Of a DNA stretch of 64,000 nucleotides, positions 38,223 to 48,261 are shown in pieces; the stretch's first letter is position 1, and every line of letters starts with the position of its first letter. The stretch is from an uncultured Gammaproteobacteria bacterium. Its GTDB lineage: Bacteria > Patescibacteriota > Patescibacteriia > Magasanikbacterales > UBA922. The notes beneath the pieces are model-generated. The model was not told where the DNA came from. It made no database searches and saw only the letters and a program-made list of their open reading frames with translations. Both the position numbers and the translations under genes were made by a program. Location of the stretch: contig CAZFTR010000005.1 in NCBI GenBank assembly GCA_964522405.1, positions 7,747-71,746 on the forward strand, in the 5' to 3' direction.

Positions 38223-40286
38223 CTGAAATTTAAACTTAAGTCAAAATACAAACCAGCAGGAGATCAGCCTCAGGCAATTGAATCTCTGGTTTTGGGTATG
38301 CAAAAATCAGCAGAGAGACAAACCTTGCTTGGAGTCACTGGTTCTGGAAAAACTTTTACTGTTGCAAATGTGATTGAGAAGGTTCAAATGCCAACTTTGG
38401 TAATTGCTCATAATAAAACTCTGGCAGCCCAGCTTTGTAATGAATTTCGTGAATTTTTTCCAGGTAACGCAGTTGAATATTTTGTAAGTTATTATGATTA
38501 CTATCAGCCAGAGGCATATATGTCTGGCAGTGATACCTATATAGAAAAAGAAGCTCAGGTAAACGATGAAATAGATAGACTTCGTCATGCTTGCACCCAA
38601 GCGCTTATGACTCGAGATGATGTGATCATAGTAGCTTCAGTTTCAGCAATTTATGGTCTTGGTTCACCAAAAGAATATGAAAAAATTGTTTTGCATCTTG
38701 AAGTTGGACAGAAAATTGAGAGAAGAGAGATGATGAAACACCTTATTGAAATGCAATTCAACAGAACAAGCACAGATTTGAAACGAGGGATGTTTAGAAT
38801 GCGTGGTCAGGTTTTTGAAATCATGCCGGTAAATGAAGATAGAGTTTATCGGTTTGAGATAAGCGATACTATTGAATCAATAGAGGTTTTAGATCCGATC
38901 ACCAGAAAATCAACTTCAAAAAGACAAATTAGAGATGCTTGGATTTTTCCTGCTAAGCATTATGTGATTGGAGAAGAGTCAAAAGGGGTTGCCATACAGA
39001 GCATAAAAAAAGAACTAGAAGAGCAATTGAACTTTTTTAAGAAAAAAGGAAAAGTTTTGGAATATGAAAGACTTAAACAGAGAGTTAGATATGATTTGGA
39101 GATGATTGAAAATATTGGATATTGCAATGGAATTGAAAATTATTCAGCTCATTTTGAAGCTAGGAAATCCGGAGAGCCTCCATTTACACTTCTTGATTAT
39201 TTCAAAGAAACTTCGAAAAGGGTTGGTGGTTTTCTAACTGTTATAGATGAGTCTCATGTAACAACTTCTCAAATTCGTGGCATGTACAATGGAGACAGGG
39301 CTCGCAAAAATTCACTTGTAGAACATGGTTTTAGGCTTCCCAGCGCGAGAGATAATAGACCTCTTAAATTTGAAGAATTTGATGATCGAGTAGAATCTCT
39401 TGTCTATGTTTCTGCAACTCCGGCTGACTATGAATTGCAAGACAGCTCTCAAGTAGTTGAGCAGATTGTCCGACCTACCGGTTTGGTTGACCCTGAGGTG
39501 ATAATCTCACAAATTACACCGACAAAGGATAATCCCAAGAGTCAAGTCGATGATGTGATAGAGAGGATAGGACAAGTTATAAAAAAAGGTGAGCGCGCTC
39601 TTGTAACTACTCTGACCAAGAGGATGGCAGAAGATCTGAGTGAATATCTTGAAAAGCAAGATATAAAAGTTAAATACCTGCATAGTGATATTAAAACTTT
39701 GGAGAGAATTGAAGTGATAATGGCTCTGCGAAAAGGAGAGATAGATGTTATAGTGGGGGTAAATCTTCTTCGTGAGGGTCTGGATATTCCGGAAGTTTCT
39801 TTTGTTGCCATTCTTGACGCAGATAAAGAAGGATTTCTACGAAGTGAAACAAGCTTAGTGCAGACCATTGGTCGCGCAGCCAGAAATGTAAATGGGCAAG
39901 TTGTTCTCTATGCAGACCAAATAACAGGTTCAATTGAGCGAGCAATCAAGGAAACAGACAGGAGAAGAAAAATTCAAATTGAATACAATGAAAAACATGG
40001 TATAACTCCAAAAACAATTGAGAAAAATATTCGAAATATTCTCGAAGAGTTTGGAATAAGTGGAAGCAAAGTTGATAAGCAGGTAAGAGGAAGGAAAAAA
40101 ACAAAGTCACTTAGAGAAATTCTTGAACTTGATACTATTGGAGATGATAGACCGGTAAGTGATATTTTAAAAGATAAAGAACAGAAAATGAAAAAAGCAG
40201 CAAAAGACTTGGAATTTGAATTTGCAGCAGTACTTCGGGATGAAATTCGTCAATTAAAAAAATCCCAAAAAGGGATTAAGAAATAA
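38223..40286 (+). CDS. uvrB: Excinuclease ABC subunit B (probable CTG start)
   Basis: GVTGSGKT, YYDYYQPEAY, DESH, QTIGRAARN, C-terminal UVR; conserved FKLKSKYKPAGDQP lies upstream of the track's start. Confidence 0.97.
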   Translation: MKFKLKSKYKPAGDQPQAIESLVLGMQKSAERQTLLGVTGSGKTFTVANVIEKVQMPTLVIAHNKTLAAQLCNEFREFFPGNAVEYFVSYYDYYQPEAYMSGSDTYIEKEAQVNDEIDRLRHACTQALMTRDDVIIVASVSAIYGLGSPKEYEKIVLHLEVGQKIERREMMKHLIEMQFNRTSTDLKRGMFRMRGQVFEIMPVNEDRVYRFEISDTIESIEVLDPITRKSTSKRQIRDAWIFPAKHYVIGEESKGVAIQSIKKELEEQLNFFKKKGKVLEYERLKQRVRYDLEMIENIGYCNGIENYSAHFEARKSGEPPFTLLDYFKETSKRVGGFLTVIDESHVTTSQIRGMYNGDRARKNSLVEHGFRLPSARDNRPLKFEEFDDRVESLVYVSATPADYELQDSSQVVEQIVRPTGLVDPEVIISQITPTKDNPKSQVDDVIERIGQVIKKGERALVTTLTKRMAEDLSEYLEKQDIKVKYLHSDIKTLERIEVIMALRKGEIDVIVGVNLLREGLDIPEVSFVAILDADKEGFLRSETSLVQTIGRAARNVNGQVVLYADQITGSIERAIKETDRRRKIQIEYNEKHGITPKTIEKNIRNILEEFGISGSKVDKQVRGRKKTKSLREILELDTIGDDRPVSDILKDKEQKMKKAAKDLEFEFAAVLRDEIRQLKKSQKGIKK

Positions 40287-40348
40287 ATTGATGGTGCCGA
40301 CGGCCCGCGTTCGAAAACGCGGACCGACGACGGGGGTTGTGGGGATGC

Positions 40349-40471
40349 TCAGACGAGCAGGGTCAGGGGCCAGAGGCTCCAGAGCGTGCTCACGAACGTG
40401 ATCTGGTTCTGGGTCCTTGCGGACGGCTCGGGCAGGGGGATCTGGGGCATGTGCCCCTTCTCGAACGTCAT
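40349..40471 (-). CDS. GC-rich 40-aa micro-protein MTFEKGHMPQIPLPEPSARTQNQITFVSTLWSLWPLTLLV
   Basis: 39 of 40 codons end in G/C; AAGGAG SD; promoter TTGACA(40608-13)-N17-TAGAAT(40585-90). Confidence 0.7.
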   Translation of the reverse strand: MTFEKGHMPQIPLPEPSARTQNQITFVSTLWSLWPLTLLV

Positions 40472-40626
40472 CTCGACTCTCTCCTTCCGCGGTTGATTCC
40501 ACGAAATTCTAAATCGACTGATCAATTCAGTATTTCATGGAATCAAACTTTGAAGATTTGGAGTATTAAACCCACAACCGAATTATTCTACACTATGCAG
40601 TCAGTTTTGTCAAGATAAAACAAAAT

Positions 40627-41226
40627 ATGAAGAATTTTTGGCTGAAATATAGGAAATTTTTATATATTTGCGCTGTTTTAACTGCTGTTTTTGTGTTGTT
40701 TTGTAATTACTCAATACTAAAATTTAACAATCAGATTTACTCAGATACTTTAGAGTTGCCAACTAGCTCAATAGCAGTGGTCTTTGGTGGTGGCATGACC
40801 CCAGAGGGTGAACAGTCAGATATGCAATTTGATCGAGTCAAAACCGGGATAGATTTATATAGGAGTGGAATTGTGGATAAGATTTTATTTACAGGAGATG
40901 ATGGCCAGTTCAGATTTGATGAAATTACTGCCATGAAAAATATGGCTCTTGATCTGGGTGTAAAAGATTCTGATATTTTGATTGATCCACATGCATATAG
41001 GACATACTTGAGTTGTAAACATGCAGCAGAAATAAGCGAAATAAAAAAAGCTATTGTGGTTTCACAAAATTTCCACCTTCCTAGAATTAGATATATTTGT
41101 GAGAATTTTGGAATTAAAACTATTGGTTTTTCTGCAGATGCACGAGAATACCATTCTCTTTGGAGGCCTTATCTTCGTGAATCTTTGGCTCGAGTCAAGG
41201 CTTGGCTGGAGGTTAATTTGAAATAA
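40627..41226 (+). CDS. SanA/YdcF (DUF218) family protein
   Basis: AVVFGGG, LFTGD, RTYLS, VSQNFHLPR, RESLAR. Confidence 0.9.
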   Translation: MKNFWLKYRKFLYICAVLTAVFVLFCNYSILKFNNQIYSDTLELPTSSIAVVFGGGMTPEGEQSDMQFDRVKTGIDLYRSGIVDKILFTGDDGQFRFDEITAMKNMALDLGVKDSDILIDPHAYRTYLSCKHAAEISEIKKAIVVSQNFHLPRIRYICENFGIKTIGFSADAREYHSLWRPYLRESLARVKAWLEVNLK

Positions 41227-41370
41227 AAAATACCTTAACAATAAAATTGACACATATTTATATTTTTGCCATAGTTATCAATGCTGTATCTGTGAGGGCT
41301 GCGTTGTGGCCCTGCAAACGCGAATACTTGTCCCGCGGTGGGGCTTGTGGATACCCTTGGGGGGTATATT

Positions 41371-41634
41371 ATGACAGCTCAAGAGATGAGAGACTTCGCT
41401 GCTTCGCGCGGCATTTACTTCACCAAGCCTGGTGAGAGTGCTGCCCCGCTCGAGGAGCAAAGAGAGCTCGAGGTTCGCTGGCTCGAAGACACGGACGCCG
41501 ATCCGATCGGTACGGTGGCGGCGGGTTCCTCGATGTTCATGTTCGACGAGCTGGTCTGGAAGGTCGACCAGCTTCTCGGTCAGCTGCAGGCTGGCAAGTC
41601 GGTCGGACAGCCTCGGGTCATGCGCGCGGGCTGA
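41371..41634 (+). CDS. GC-rich 87-aa hypothetical protein
   Basis: GC3-biased codons, GGGGGT SD-like sequence, promoter TTGACA(41247-52)-N17-CATAGT(41270-75), terminator 41725-41760. Confidence 0.7.
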   Translation: MTAQEMRDFAASRGIYFTKPGESAAPLEEQRELEVRWLEDTDADPIGTVAAGSSMFMFDELVWKVDQLLGQLQAGKSVGQPRVMRAG

Positions 41635-41779
41635 TTCGCGGTTCGCATCGCAGAGCAGGTGGGGGTTCGGCATTGTCGGACCCCATCGCTTCCTTTGTTT
41701 ATTTCTAGTATATAGAGGAGGCGAAATTAAAAAACTACCAATTACGGTAGTTTTTTAATTATCTGAGAACACTCAGCTC

Positions 41780-42232
41780 TTATTTTACTTCAACTTTGTG
41801 AATATCACTGTAAACTTCACATTCATTTGCTTTTACAATACAGGCTCTAAGATGTCTTTCTCCGCTTGGAAGATCTGTCCAAGTTTTAGAAGTGTGAGCA
41901 GTTCCAAGTTCATACCAATATCCCTTGGTTGGCCATTCAGCTTTTTCATCAGAACTTAGAATAAGTCTAAATGCTTCTGCTGATTCTTTTAGTTTTTCTT
42001 CTACTGATAGTTCAATTTCAAGTGTTCCTGTCTCTGTTGCTTCTGCTTTTGTGATGGTGATTCCAGTTGTCTCTGATTTTGTTTTGGTTTCTTCACTTAC
42101 CATTTCTTTTTCAGCGTCTTTCTGCGGTTGTTCTGCGTCTTTTATATCTGTTTGACCAGGTGCAGCACATCCTCCACCAACTAGAATTAGTAAAGCAAAT
42201 AATCCACCAATAAGTTTGATTTTTGATTGCAT
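41780..42232 (-). CDS. Putative lipoprotein
   Basis: Signal peptide ending LVGGGC. Confidence 0.75.
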   Translation of the reverse strand: MQSKIKLIGGLFALLILVGGGCAAPGQTDIKDAEQPQKDAEKEMVSEETKTKSETTGITITKAEATETGTLEIELSVEEKLKESAEAFRLILSSDEKAEWPTKGYWYELGTAHTSKTWTDLPSGERHLRACIVKANECEVYSDIHKVEVK

Positions 42233-42278
42233 ATTTAAATATAAATAATTACTCGAATATTATACAGCTTTTGCAACT

Positions 42279-42719
42279 TTAGGTCAATAAATTTCCCTTG
42301 AACTGGTCAAGATTGCTTGAATTATTAATTTTATTTACTATTGTTTTTAGAAATTGCACACTGTCATTTCCTGCATTTATTTTTGCTAAATGAAGTTCTG
42401 AAATTTTCTCAATTACTTGAAGTTTAAAATCTGCTATTTGATTTATACCATCATATTCAGCAAAAAGCCACTTCCTTAATCTGGCAAAAGTTTTTAAATT
42501 CTGATCATTAATTTTTATTTCTAAATATTGATTTTCATCATCTGACTGATATTCAAGATTGTAAACATTGAATCCAATCATTCCTTGATCTGTAACAGTT
42601 TCAAGAAGAGTGTAGTACCAAAGATGAAAAAGGCCTTCTGAAAGTTCAGTACCTGATTTTGAAATAGATCTTGAGTGATCAAAGTTGTCTTGAGTCCAGA
42701 GATTCCATTTTGTATGCAT
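42279..42719 (-). CDS. Hypothetical protein
   Basis: 146-aa ORF divergent from uvrA. Confidence 0.65.
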   Translation of the reverse strand: MHTKWNLWTQDNFDHSRSISKSGTELSEGLFHLWYYTLLETVTDQGMIGFNVYNLEYQSDDENQYLEIKINDQNLKTFARLRKWLFAEYDGINQIADFKLQVIEKISELHLAKINAGNDSVQFLKTIVNKINNSSNLDQFKGNLLT

Positions 42720-42862
42720 ATATTTTGTTTTAGAATATTGCTAGTTTAGCAGAAAACATGACACTTATCCATAATTGACATAGTATCATCTTTGAGTATA
42801 ATAGAACTTGCTCTTTTCTACTAATTCATATGCAACCCCACAAAAGGGGCTTTTTGTAGTTT

Positions 42863-45427
42863 ATGAAGAATAAAATTTCTATAAAAGGTGCTCGAGAACA
42901 TAATCTCAAGAATATAGATCTGGAGCTTCCCAGAAACAAAATGATAGTTTTTACAGGTTTGTCAGGTTCAGGAAAGTCAAGCCTGGCTTTTGATACCATT
43001 TTTGCAGAAGGACAGCGAAGATATGTAGAGAGTTTATCAGCATATGCTCGTCAGTTTTTGGGAAATATGCAAAAACCGGATGTAGATGAAATAGATGGAC
43101 TTTCGCCTGGAATTTCAATTGATCAAAAAGCCCATAGTGCTAACCCTAGATCAACTGTAGCAACAATTACAGAGATTTATGATTATCTGCGTGTTTTATT
43201 TGCGCGAATAGGAAAACCGTATTGTCCAATTTGTAAAACAAAAATACAAAAAATGACTACAGATGAAATGATTGGGCAGATTATTGATACTACCAAGAAA
43301 AAAATTCAAAAAGCTAAAAATCAGGAATTAGTTATTTTATCTCCGGTTGTTCGAGGAAGAAAAGGGGAGTATTATCAGATGCTTTATGATATGTATAATT
43401 CCGGATTTTTGGAAGTTAGGGTTGATGGAAAGATCAAGAATTTGAAAAACAGAATAGTTTTGAGTAAAAATAAAAAACATACAATTGAGATAGTGGTAGA
43501 TAGAATGCCGGCTGATTCAGATAAACAAAGAATTGCAGAGGCAGTGGAGACAGCGGTTGATCTTTCAAATGGACTTTGTAGTGTTATTTATGCAAACAAG
43601 GAAGAACAAATTTACAGTACTCAGTATTCATGTCCTGAAGATGGATTTAGTTTTCCGGAAATTGAACCACGTTTGTTTAGTTTTAATAGTCCATATGGAT
43701 ATTGTAAATCATGTGTGGGTCTTGGAACAATTGAAATTTTCGGTGAGGAATTATGTAAAATTTGCAAAGGAAAAAGACTAAATGAAAATGCCTTAAGCGT
43801 TCGTATTGCAAATCAAAATATTTGGGAAATTACCTCAATGTCAATTCATGATGCTCGAGATTTTTTTGAAACACTACTCCAAACAGCAAAGTTGAGTGAA
43901 AAAGAATTGGAAATTGCCGGCCCGGCACTTCGTGAAATTCAAAATCGCCTTCAATTTATGTTTGATGTTGGTTTGCATTATCTAAGTATGAGTAGAAAAG
44001 CAGGAACATTGTCAGGTGGAGAAGCACAGAGAATTCGTCTTGCTTCTCAGGTTGGGCAGAGATTGGTTGGAGCTATGTACGTGCTTGATGAGCCTACAAT
44101 TGGTCTTCATCAAAAAGATAATGATCAGCTTGTCTCAACTCTTAGAAACCTATGTGATATTGGGAATACTATAATTGTAGTAGAGCATGATGAAGATACA
44201 ATTTTAACCAGTGATTGGATAGTAGATATTGGTCCTGGGGCAGGTGAGCATGGTGGAGATATAGTTTTTTCCGGGCCACTTGAAAAAATGCTTAGTTCAA
44301 AAAAATCTTCTATAAAAACTGAATATGACTGTACTGTAAAGGGCGATAATAGGAAATCTTTAACAGGTCAATATTTGAGAGGAGAACAGAAAATAAAAAT
44401 TCCAGAAAAAAGAAAAAATGTAGACAAGTACACTCCAAAAATTAAAATAAAAGGCGCGACTGAACATAATCTCAAAAAAGTAAATGTTGAAATCCCACTT
44501 AGACGCTTTGTTTGTCTTACAGGAGTTTCCGGTTCAGGAAAATCAACTCTTATGAATGATATTCTCTATCGTGCGGTTGCAAACAGACTTCATCATGTTG
44601 AAAAGAGAATTGGAGAGCACAAAAGCATAACCGGAACTGAATATATAGATAAAATAATTAGAATTGATCAAAAACCAATTGGTAGAACTCCCAGATCAAA
44701 TCCAGCAACTTATACAAAAGCTTTTGATCATATTCGAGATTTATTTGCATCAGTTCCAGAAGCTAGAATTCGTGGGTATAAAAAAGGACGTTTTAGTTTT
44801 AATCGTCCGGGAGGAAGATGTGAAAATTGTGAAGGTCGAGGTTCGCTTGAGATTGAAATGCATTTTTTACCGAGTGTCAATATTATTTGTGAAATTTGCA
44901 AAGGAAAGAGATTTAATCAGGAAACTCTGCAAGTTCATTTCAAGGGAAAAAGTATTTCAGATATTTTGGAAATGACAATTGAGCAAGCAGAGGAGTTTTT
45001 CCAAGATATCCCGGTTATTTTTGATAAACTAAAAGTATTAAACCAGGTTGGCTTAGATTATTTAACTTTGGGTCAATCAGCTACAACTCTCTCAGGTGGG
45101 GAAGCACAAAGAATAAAATTATCAAAAGAACTTGCCAAGAAAAATACCACTAAGACTTTGTATTTACTTGATGAGCCAACAACAGGTCTCCATTATGATG
45201 ATGTGCGAAAATTAATTGATGTTTTGCAAAGATTGGTTTCTCAGGGAAATACAGTTATGGTTATTGAGCATAATCTTGACGTAATCAAATCAGCTGACTG
45301 GATAATTGATCTTGGACCAGAAGGTGGTGATAAAGGTGGAGAAGTTGTAAAAGTTGGTACTCCAGAAGAGGTGGCTAGATATGAAAAAAGTTATACTGGA
45401 AAATATCTAAGGAGAATTCTTAAGTAA
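42863..45427 (+). CDS. uvrA: Excinuclease ABC subunit A (compact)
   Basis: Two ABC modules (GLSGSGKSS/LSGGEAQR; GVSGSGKST/LSGGEAQR) and zinc fingers. Confidence 0.97.
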   Translation: MKNKISIKGAREHNLKNIDLELPRNKMIVFTGLSGSGKSSLAFDTIFAEGQRRYVESLSAYARQFLGNMQKPDVDEIDGLSPGISIDQKAHSANPRSTVATITEIYDYLRVLFARIGKPYCPICKTKIQKMTTDEMIGQIIDTTKKKIQKAKNQELVILSPVVRGRKGEYYQMLYDMYNSGFLEVRVDGKIKNLKNRIVLSKNKKHTIEIVVDRMPADSDKQRIAEAVETAVDLSNGLCSVIYANKEEQIYSTQYSCPEDGFSFPEIEPRLFSFNSPYGYCKSCVGLGTIEIFGEELCKICKGKRLNENALSVRIANQNIWEITSMSIHDARDFFETLLQTAKLSEKELEIAGPALREIQNRLQFMFDVGLHYLSMSRKAGTLSGGEAQRIRLASQVGQRLVGAMYVLDEPTIGLHQKDNDQLVSTLRNLCDIGNTIIVVEHDEDTILTSDWIVDIGPGAGEHGGDIVFSGPLEKMLSSKKSSIKTEYDCTVKGDNRKSLTGQYLRGEQKIKIPEKRKNVDKYTPKIKIKGATEHNLKKVNVEIPLRRFVCLTGVSGSGKSTLMNDILYRAVANRLHHVEKRIGEHKSITGTEYIDKIIRIDQKPIGRTPRSNPATYTKAFDHIRDLFASVPEARIRGYKKGRFSFNRPGGRCENCEGRGSLEIEMHFLPSVNIICEICKGKRFNQETLQVHFKGKSISDILEMTIEQAEEFFQDIPVIFDKLKVLNQVGLDYLTLGQSATTLSGGEAQRIKLSKELAKKNTTKTLYLLDEPTTGLHYDDVRKLIDVLQRLVSQGNTVMVIEHNLDVIKSADWIIDLGPEGGDKGGEVVKVGTPEEVARYEKSYTGKYLRRILK

Positions 45428-45429
45428 TT

Positions 45430-46677
45430 ATGAATAAATTAGAACTCAAAATTAAGAAACTCCCAGATAAACCTGGAATTTATCTTTTTTATAATTTAAA
45501 AAAAGAATTAATTTATGCTGGGAAAGCAACTTCACTTAAAACTCGAGTAAGAAGTTATTTTTCAGGCCAGAAAACTCCACGTCCGATTGAGGAAATGATT
45601 CATGAAGTCGTTGATTTAAAATATATAGTTGCTGATTCTGCTCTTGAGGCTATAATTTTAGAATCAATTTATATTAAAAAATTTAAACCTCGCTACAATG
45701 TTTTAGGTCGTGATGATAAGAGTTGGAATTACTTAACTATTAGTAGTGATGATTATCCAATAGTTGCAACCATTCGTCAGCATGAATACAAGAAAATTAT
45801 AGCTCAAGCTAGTTCAAAAAAAGAATTTCAATATATATTTGGTCCATATCCTAGTTTGAACACCAAGGCTGCGCTTAAAATTTTGAGAAGATTATTTTAT
45901 TTTTCAAATTGTCAAAAAATTAAAAGAAAAAATAATAAACCATGTTTGTATTATCAGATGGGGGAATGTTTTGGTGTATGTACAGGAGAAATCAGCCCAA
46001 AGGAATACAGGCAGAAAATTATCATGCCATTGGTTAGATTCTTAAAAGGAAATAAAAAACAGGTTTTGAGGGATTTCGAAAAACAGATGAAAAAAGCATC
46101 TAATAAGCTTGATTTTGAAGAAGCTTCAAGAATTCGAAATCAATTGTATTCTCTCAGAAGAATTCAGGATATTGCTCTTTTGAATTCCAGTTTTGTGGTT
46201 GATATAGAAAAACAAAATCAAAATTTGCGAATAGAAGGTTATGATATTTCAAATCTTGGGAAAACAGGAAAAGTTGGGAGTATGGTTGTCTTTGAAAATG
46301 GAAAATCTAATAAATCAAATTATAGAAAATTTAAAATAAGATCAGTTCTGGGTCAAAGTGATGTTGATTGTATAGATGAGGTTTTGCGAAGAAGGCTGAT
46401 GCATCAAGAATGGAAGTATCCAGGTTTGATTTTGGTTGACGGAGGAAAACCACAAGTAAATAGAGCAAAGAGAGTTATAGCTGATTTTGGTTTGAAGATT
46501 CCAGTAGTTGGAATTGCTAAAGGACCGAAGAGAAATAAAAATGAATTTGTTCTAGGTTCAAGAAATAGAGGATTTATTCGGTGGGTCGAGTCAAATCAGA
46601 AGTTATTGGTTCAAGTTAGAGATGAAGCTCATAGATTTGCAATAGCTTATCAGAGGAAATTGAGAAAAATTGCTTAG
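45430..46677 (+). CDS. uvrC: Excinuclease ABC subunit C-like (no HhH tail)
   Basis: GIY-YIG (GIYLF...IYAGKA), UVR, RNase H-like domain (EGYDISN, VDGGKPQ, RDEAHRFA). Confidence 0.9.
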   Translation: MNKLELKIKKLPDKPGIYLFYNLKKELIYAGKATSLKTRVRSYFSGQKTPRPIEEMIHEVVDLKYIVADSALEAIILESIYIKKFKPRYNVLGRDDKSWNYLTISSDDYPIVATIRQHEYKKIIAQASSKKEFQYIFGPYPSLNTKAALKILRRLFYFSNCQKIKRKNNKPCLYYQMGECFGVCTGEISPKEYRQKIIMPLVRFLKGNKKQVLRDFEKQMKKASNKLDFEEASRIRNQLYSLRRIQDIALLNSSFVVDIEKQNQNLRIEGYDISNLGKTGKVGSMVVFENGKSNKSNYRKFKIRSVLGQSDVDCIDEVLRRRLMHQEWKYPGLILVDGGKPQVNRAKRVIADFGLKIPVVGIAKGPKRNKNEFVLGSRNRGFIRWVESNQKLLVQVRDEAHRFAIAYQRKLRKIA

Positions 46678-46770
46678 GTTGGGTAAATTTTGCTTGAAAA
46701 GTGCAGATTTTAGCAGATCTGCTTTTTTTATTTAAAATTTTTGTGGATAACTGTGGTTGAAGCGATAGGA

Positions 46771-46810
46771 AAAGTGGTGTACAATGGAAGCACGTGGGGA
46801 AAAGTGGGGA
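46771..46810 (+). promoter_or_regulatory. Putative MraZ-binding GTGG(G) direct repeats; DnaA-box match TGTGGATAA at 46742-46750
   Basis: aaagtggtg...cacgtgggga-aaagtgggga at 10-bp periodicity upstream of mraZ. Confidence 0.6.
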
Positions 46811-46916
46811 AAATGCTTGTCTCTCTGCTTCTAAACAATTTTCAGCGTAACTGAATTTGTTCGGATGTCTATATAGGCACTGTCGCGAATTTTGCGACAG
46901 TACTTAAACCAAAATT

Positions 46917-47348
46917 ATGTTTATAGGCGAATATTCCCACAATTTAGACGAAAAAGGCCGACTGGCAGTGCCTAAGAAATTTCGTCAGGCTCTTTCAAAA
47001 GGGGCAGTAGTAACTAGAGGTTTAGATAACTGTCTTTTCTTGTATACCACCTCTGAGTGGAAAAAGCTTGCTGATAAGCTGGCAAACCTGCCATTTGCTC
47101 AGGCAAATACAAGAGCTTTTGCTAGGCTAATGCTTGCAGGAGCTATGGACGTAAATCTAGACAAACAAGGGAGAATTATTCTCCCGGAATATTTGCGAAA
47201 CTTTGCTGATCTCACTAAACAAACAATCGTGGCAGGTCTGTACAACCGTCTCGAAATCTGGGATCAGAAAGCTTGGAACGAATATACCAAGAAATCTGAA
47301 AAAGAAAGCACTAAGATTGCTGAGCAGATGTCAGAATTGGGGGTTTAG
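46917..47348 (+). CDS. mraZ: Transcriptional repressor MraZ
   Basis: MFIGEY, LDEKGRL and LDKQGRI DxxGR repeats, EIW. Confidence 0.97.
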   Translation: MFIGEYSHNLDEKGRLAVPKKFRQALSKGAVVTRGLDNCLFLYTTSEWKKLADKLANLPFAQANTRAFARLMLAGAMDVNLDKQGRIILPEYLRNFADLTKQTIVAGLYNRLEIWDQKAWNEYTKKSEKESTKIAEQMSELGV

Positions 47349-47349
47349 T

Positions 47350-48261
47350 ATGAGACATGTACCTGTTTTACTTTCAGAGGTTCTTGAATCTTTACAACTT
47401 AAACCGGGAATAAACGCAATTGATTGTACACTTGGAGATGCTGGTCATGCTCAAAAGATTTTAGAAATGACTTCACCTAATGGTAAATTACTCGGAATTG
47501 ATTCAGATCCGGAAGCTCTTATTCGCGCCAAGAATTTTCTCAGTCAGTATTCTGATAGAGTGAATTTTGTGCGGGACAATTTTTCTAATTTGAAAACCAT
47601 AGTTGAAAATGAGAATTTTGGTTCTGTGCAAGCGATTCTATTTGATTTTGGCTGGTCTACGCCTCAATTCAAAGAGCGAGGTAGGGGATTTAGCTTCCAT
47701 GAAAATGAATTTCTGGATATGAGATATTCAGGAATCAGTTCAGGAGACTCTGAAACAGCAGCCGATTTATTGGATAATCTCAGAGAGGAAGAATTAGCAA
47801 AAATATTCAAAGAATTGGGAGAAGAAAAATTGAATAAAGAAATTGCTGAAGCAATAGCAGAAACCAGAAAGGATAAAGAAATCAAATATAGTGGTCAGTT
47901 GGTAGAAGTTATCCTAGAAGTTTATAGAAAAAAATTAAAAACAGACAAAGAAATTCCCTGGATTGGTGGCTTGCATCCGGCAACAAAAGTGTTTCAGGCT
48001 CTAAGAATGGCTGTAAATCATGAACTGGAAGTAATTGAAAGGGCACTGCCTCAGGCAATAGAAATTCTTGAGAAAGGTGGAAGATTGGCAGTTATCAGCT
48101 TTCATTCTCTCGAAGACCGAATTGTTAAACATTATTTTAAATCACAAAAAGGAAAAACCATAGAAATAATAACCAAAAAACCAATAGTTTGCAGTAAAGA
48201 TGAGTACAGGGAAAATCCCGCCTCTAGATCTGCAAAATTAAGAGTGGTAGAAAAATTATGA
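47350..48261 (+). CDS. rsmH: 16S rRNA m4C1402 methyltransferase
   Basis: HVPVLL, DCTLGDAGH, HPATKVFQALR, SFHSLEDR, NPASRSAKLR. Confidence 0.96.
   Translation: MRHVPVLLSEVLESLQLKPGINAIDCTLGDAGHAQKILEMTSPNGKLLGIDSDPEALIRAKNFLSQYSDRVNFVRDNFSNLKTIVENENFGSVQAILFDFGWSTPQFKERGRGFSFHENEFLDMRYSGISSGDSETAADLLDNLREEELAKIFKELGEEKLNKEIAEAIAETRKDKEIKYSGQLVEVILEVYRKKLKTDKEIPWIGGLHPATKVFQALRMAVNHELEVIERALPQAIEILEKGGRLAVISFHSLEDRIVKHYFKSQKGKTIEIITKKPIVCSKDEYRENPASRSAKLRVVEKL

Noticed and set aside
46742-46750. Replication origin suggested by a DnaA box
   Set aside because: Only one perfect box, with no cluster and no dnaA/dnaN nearby
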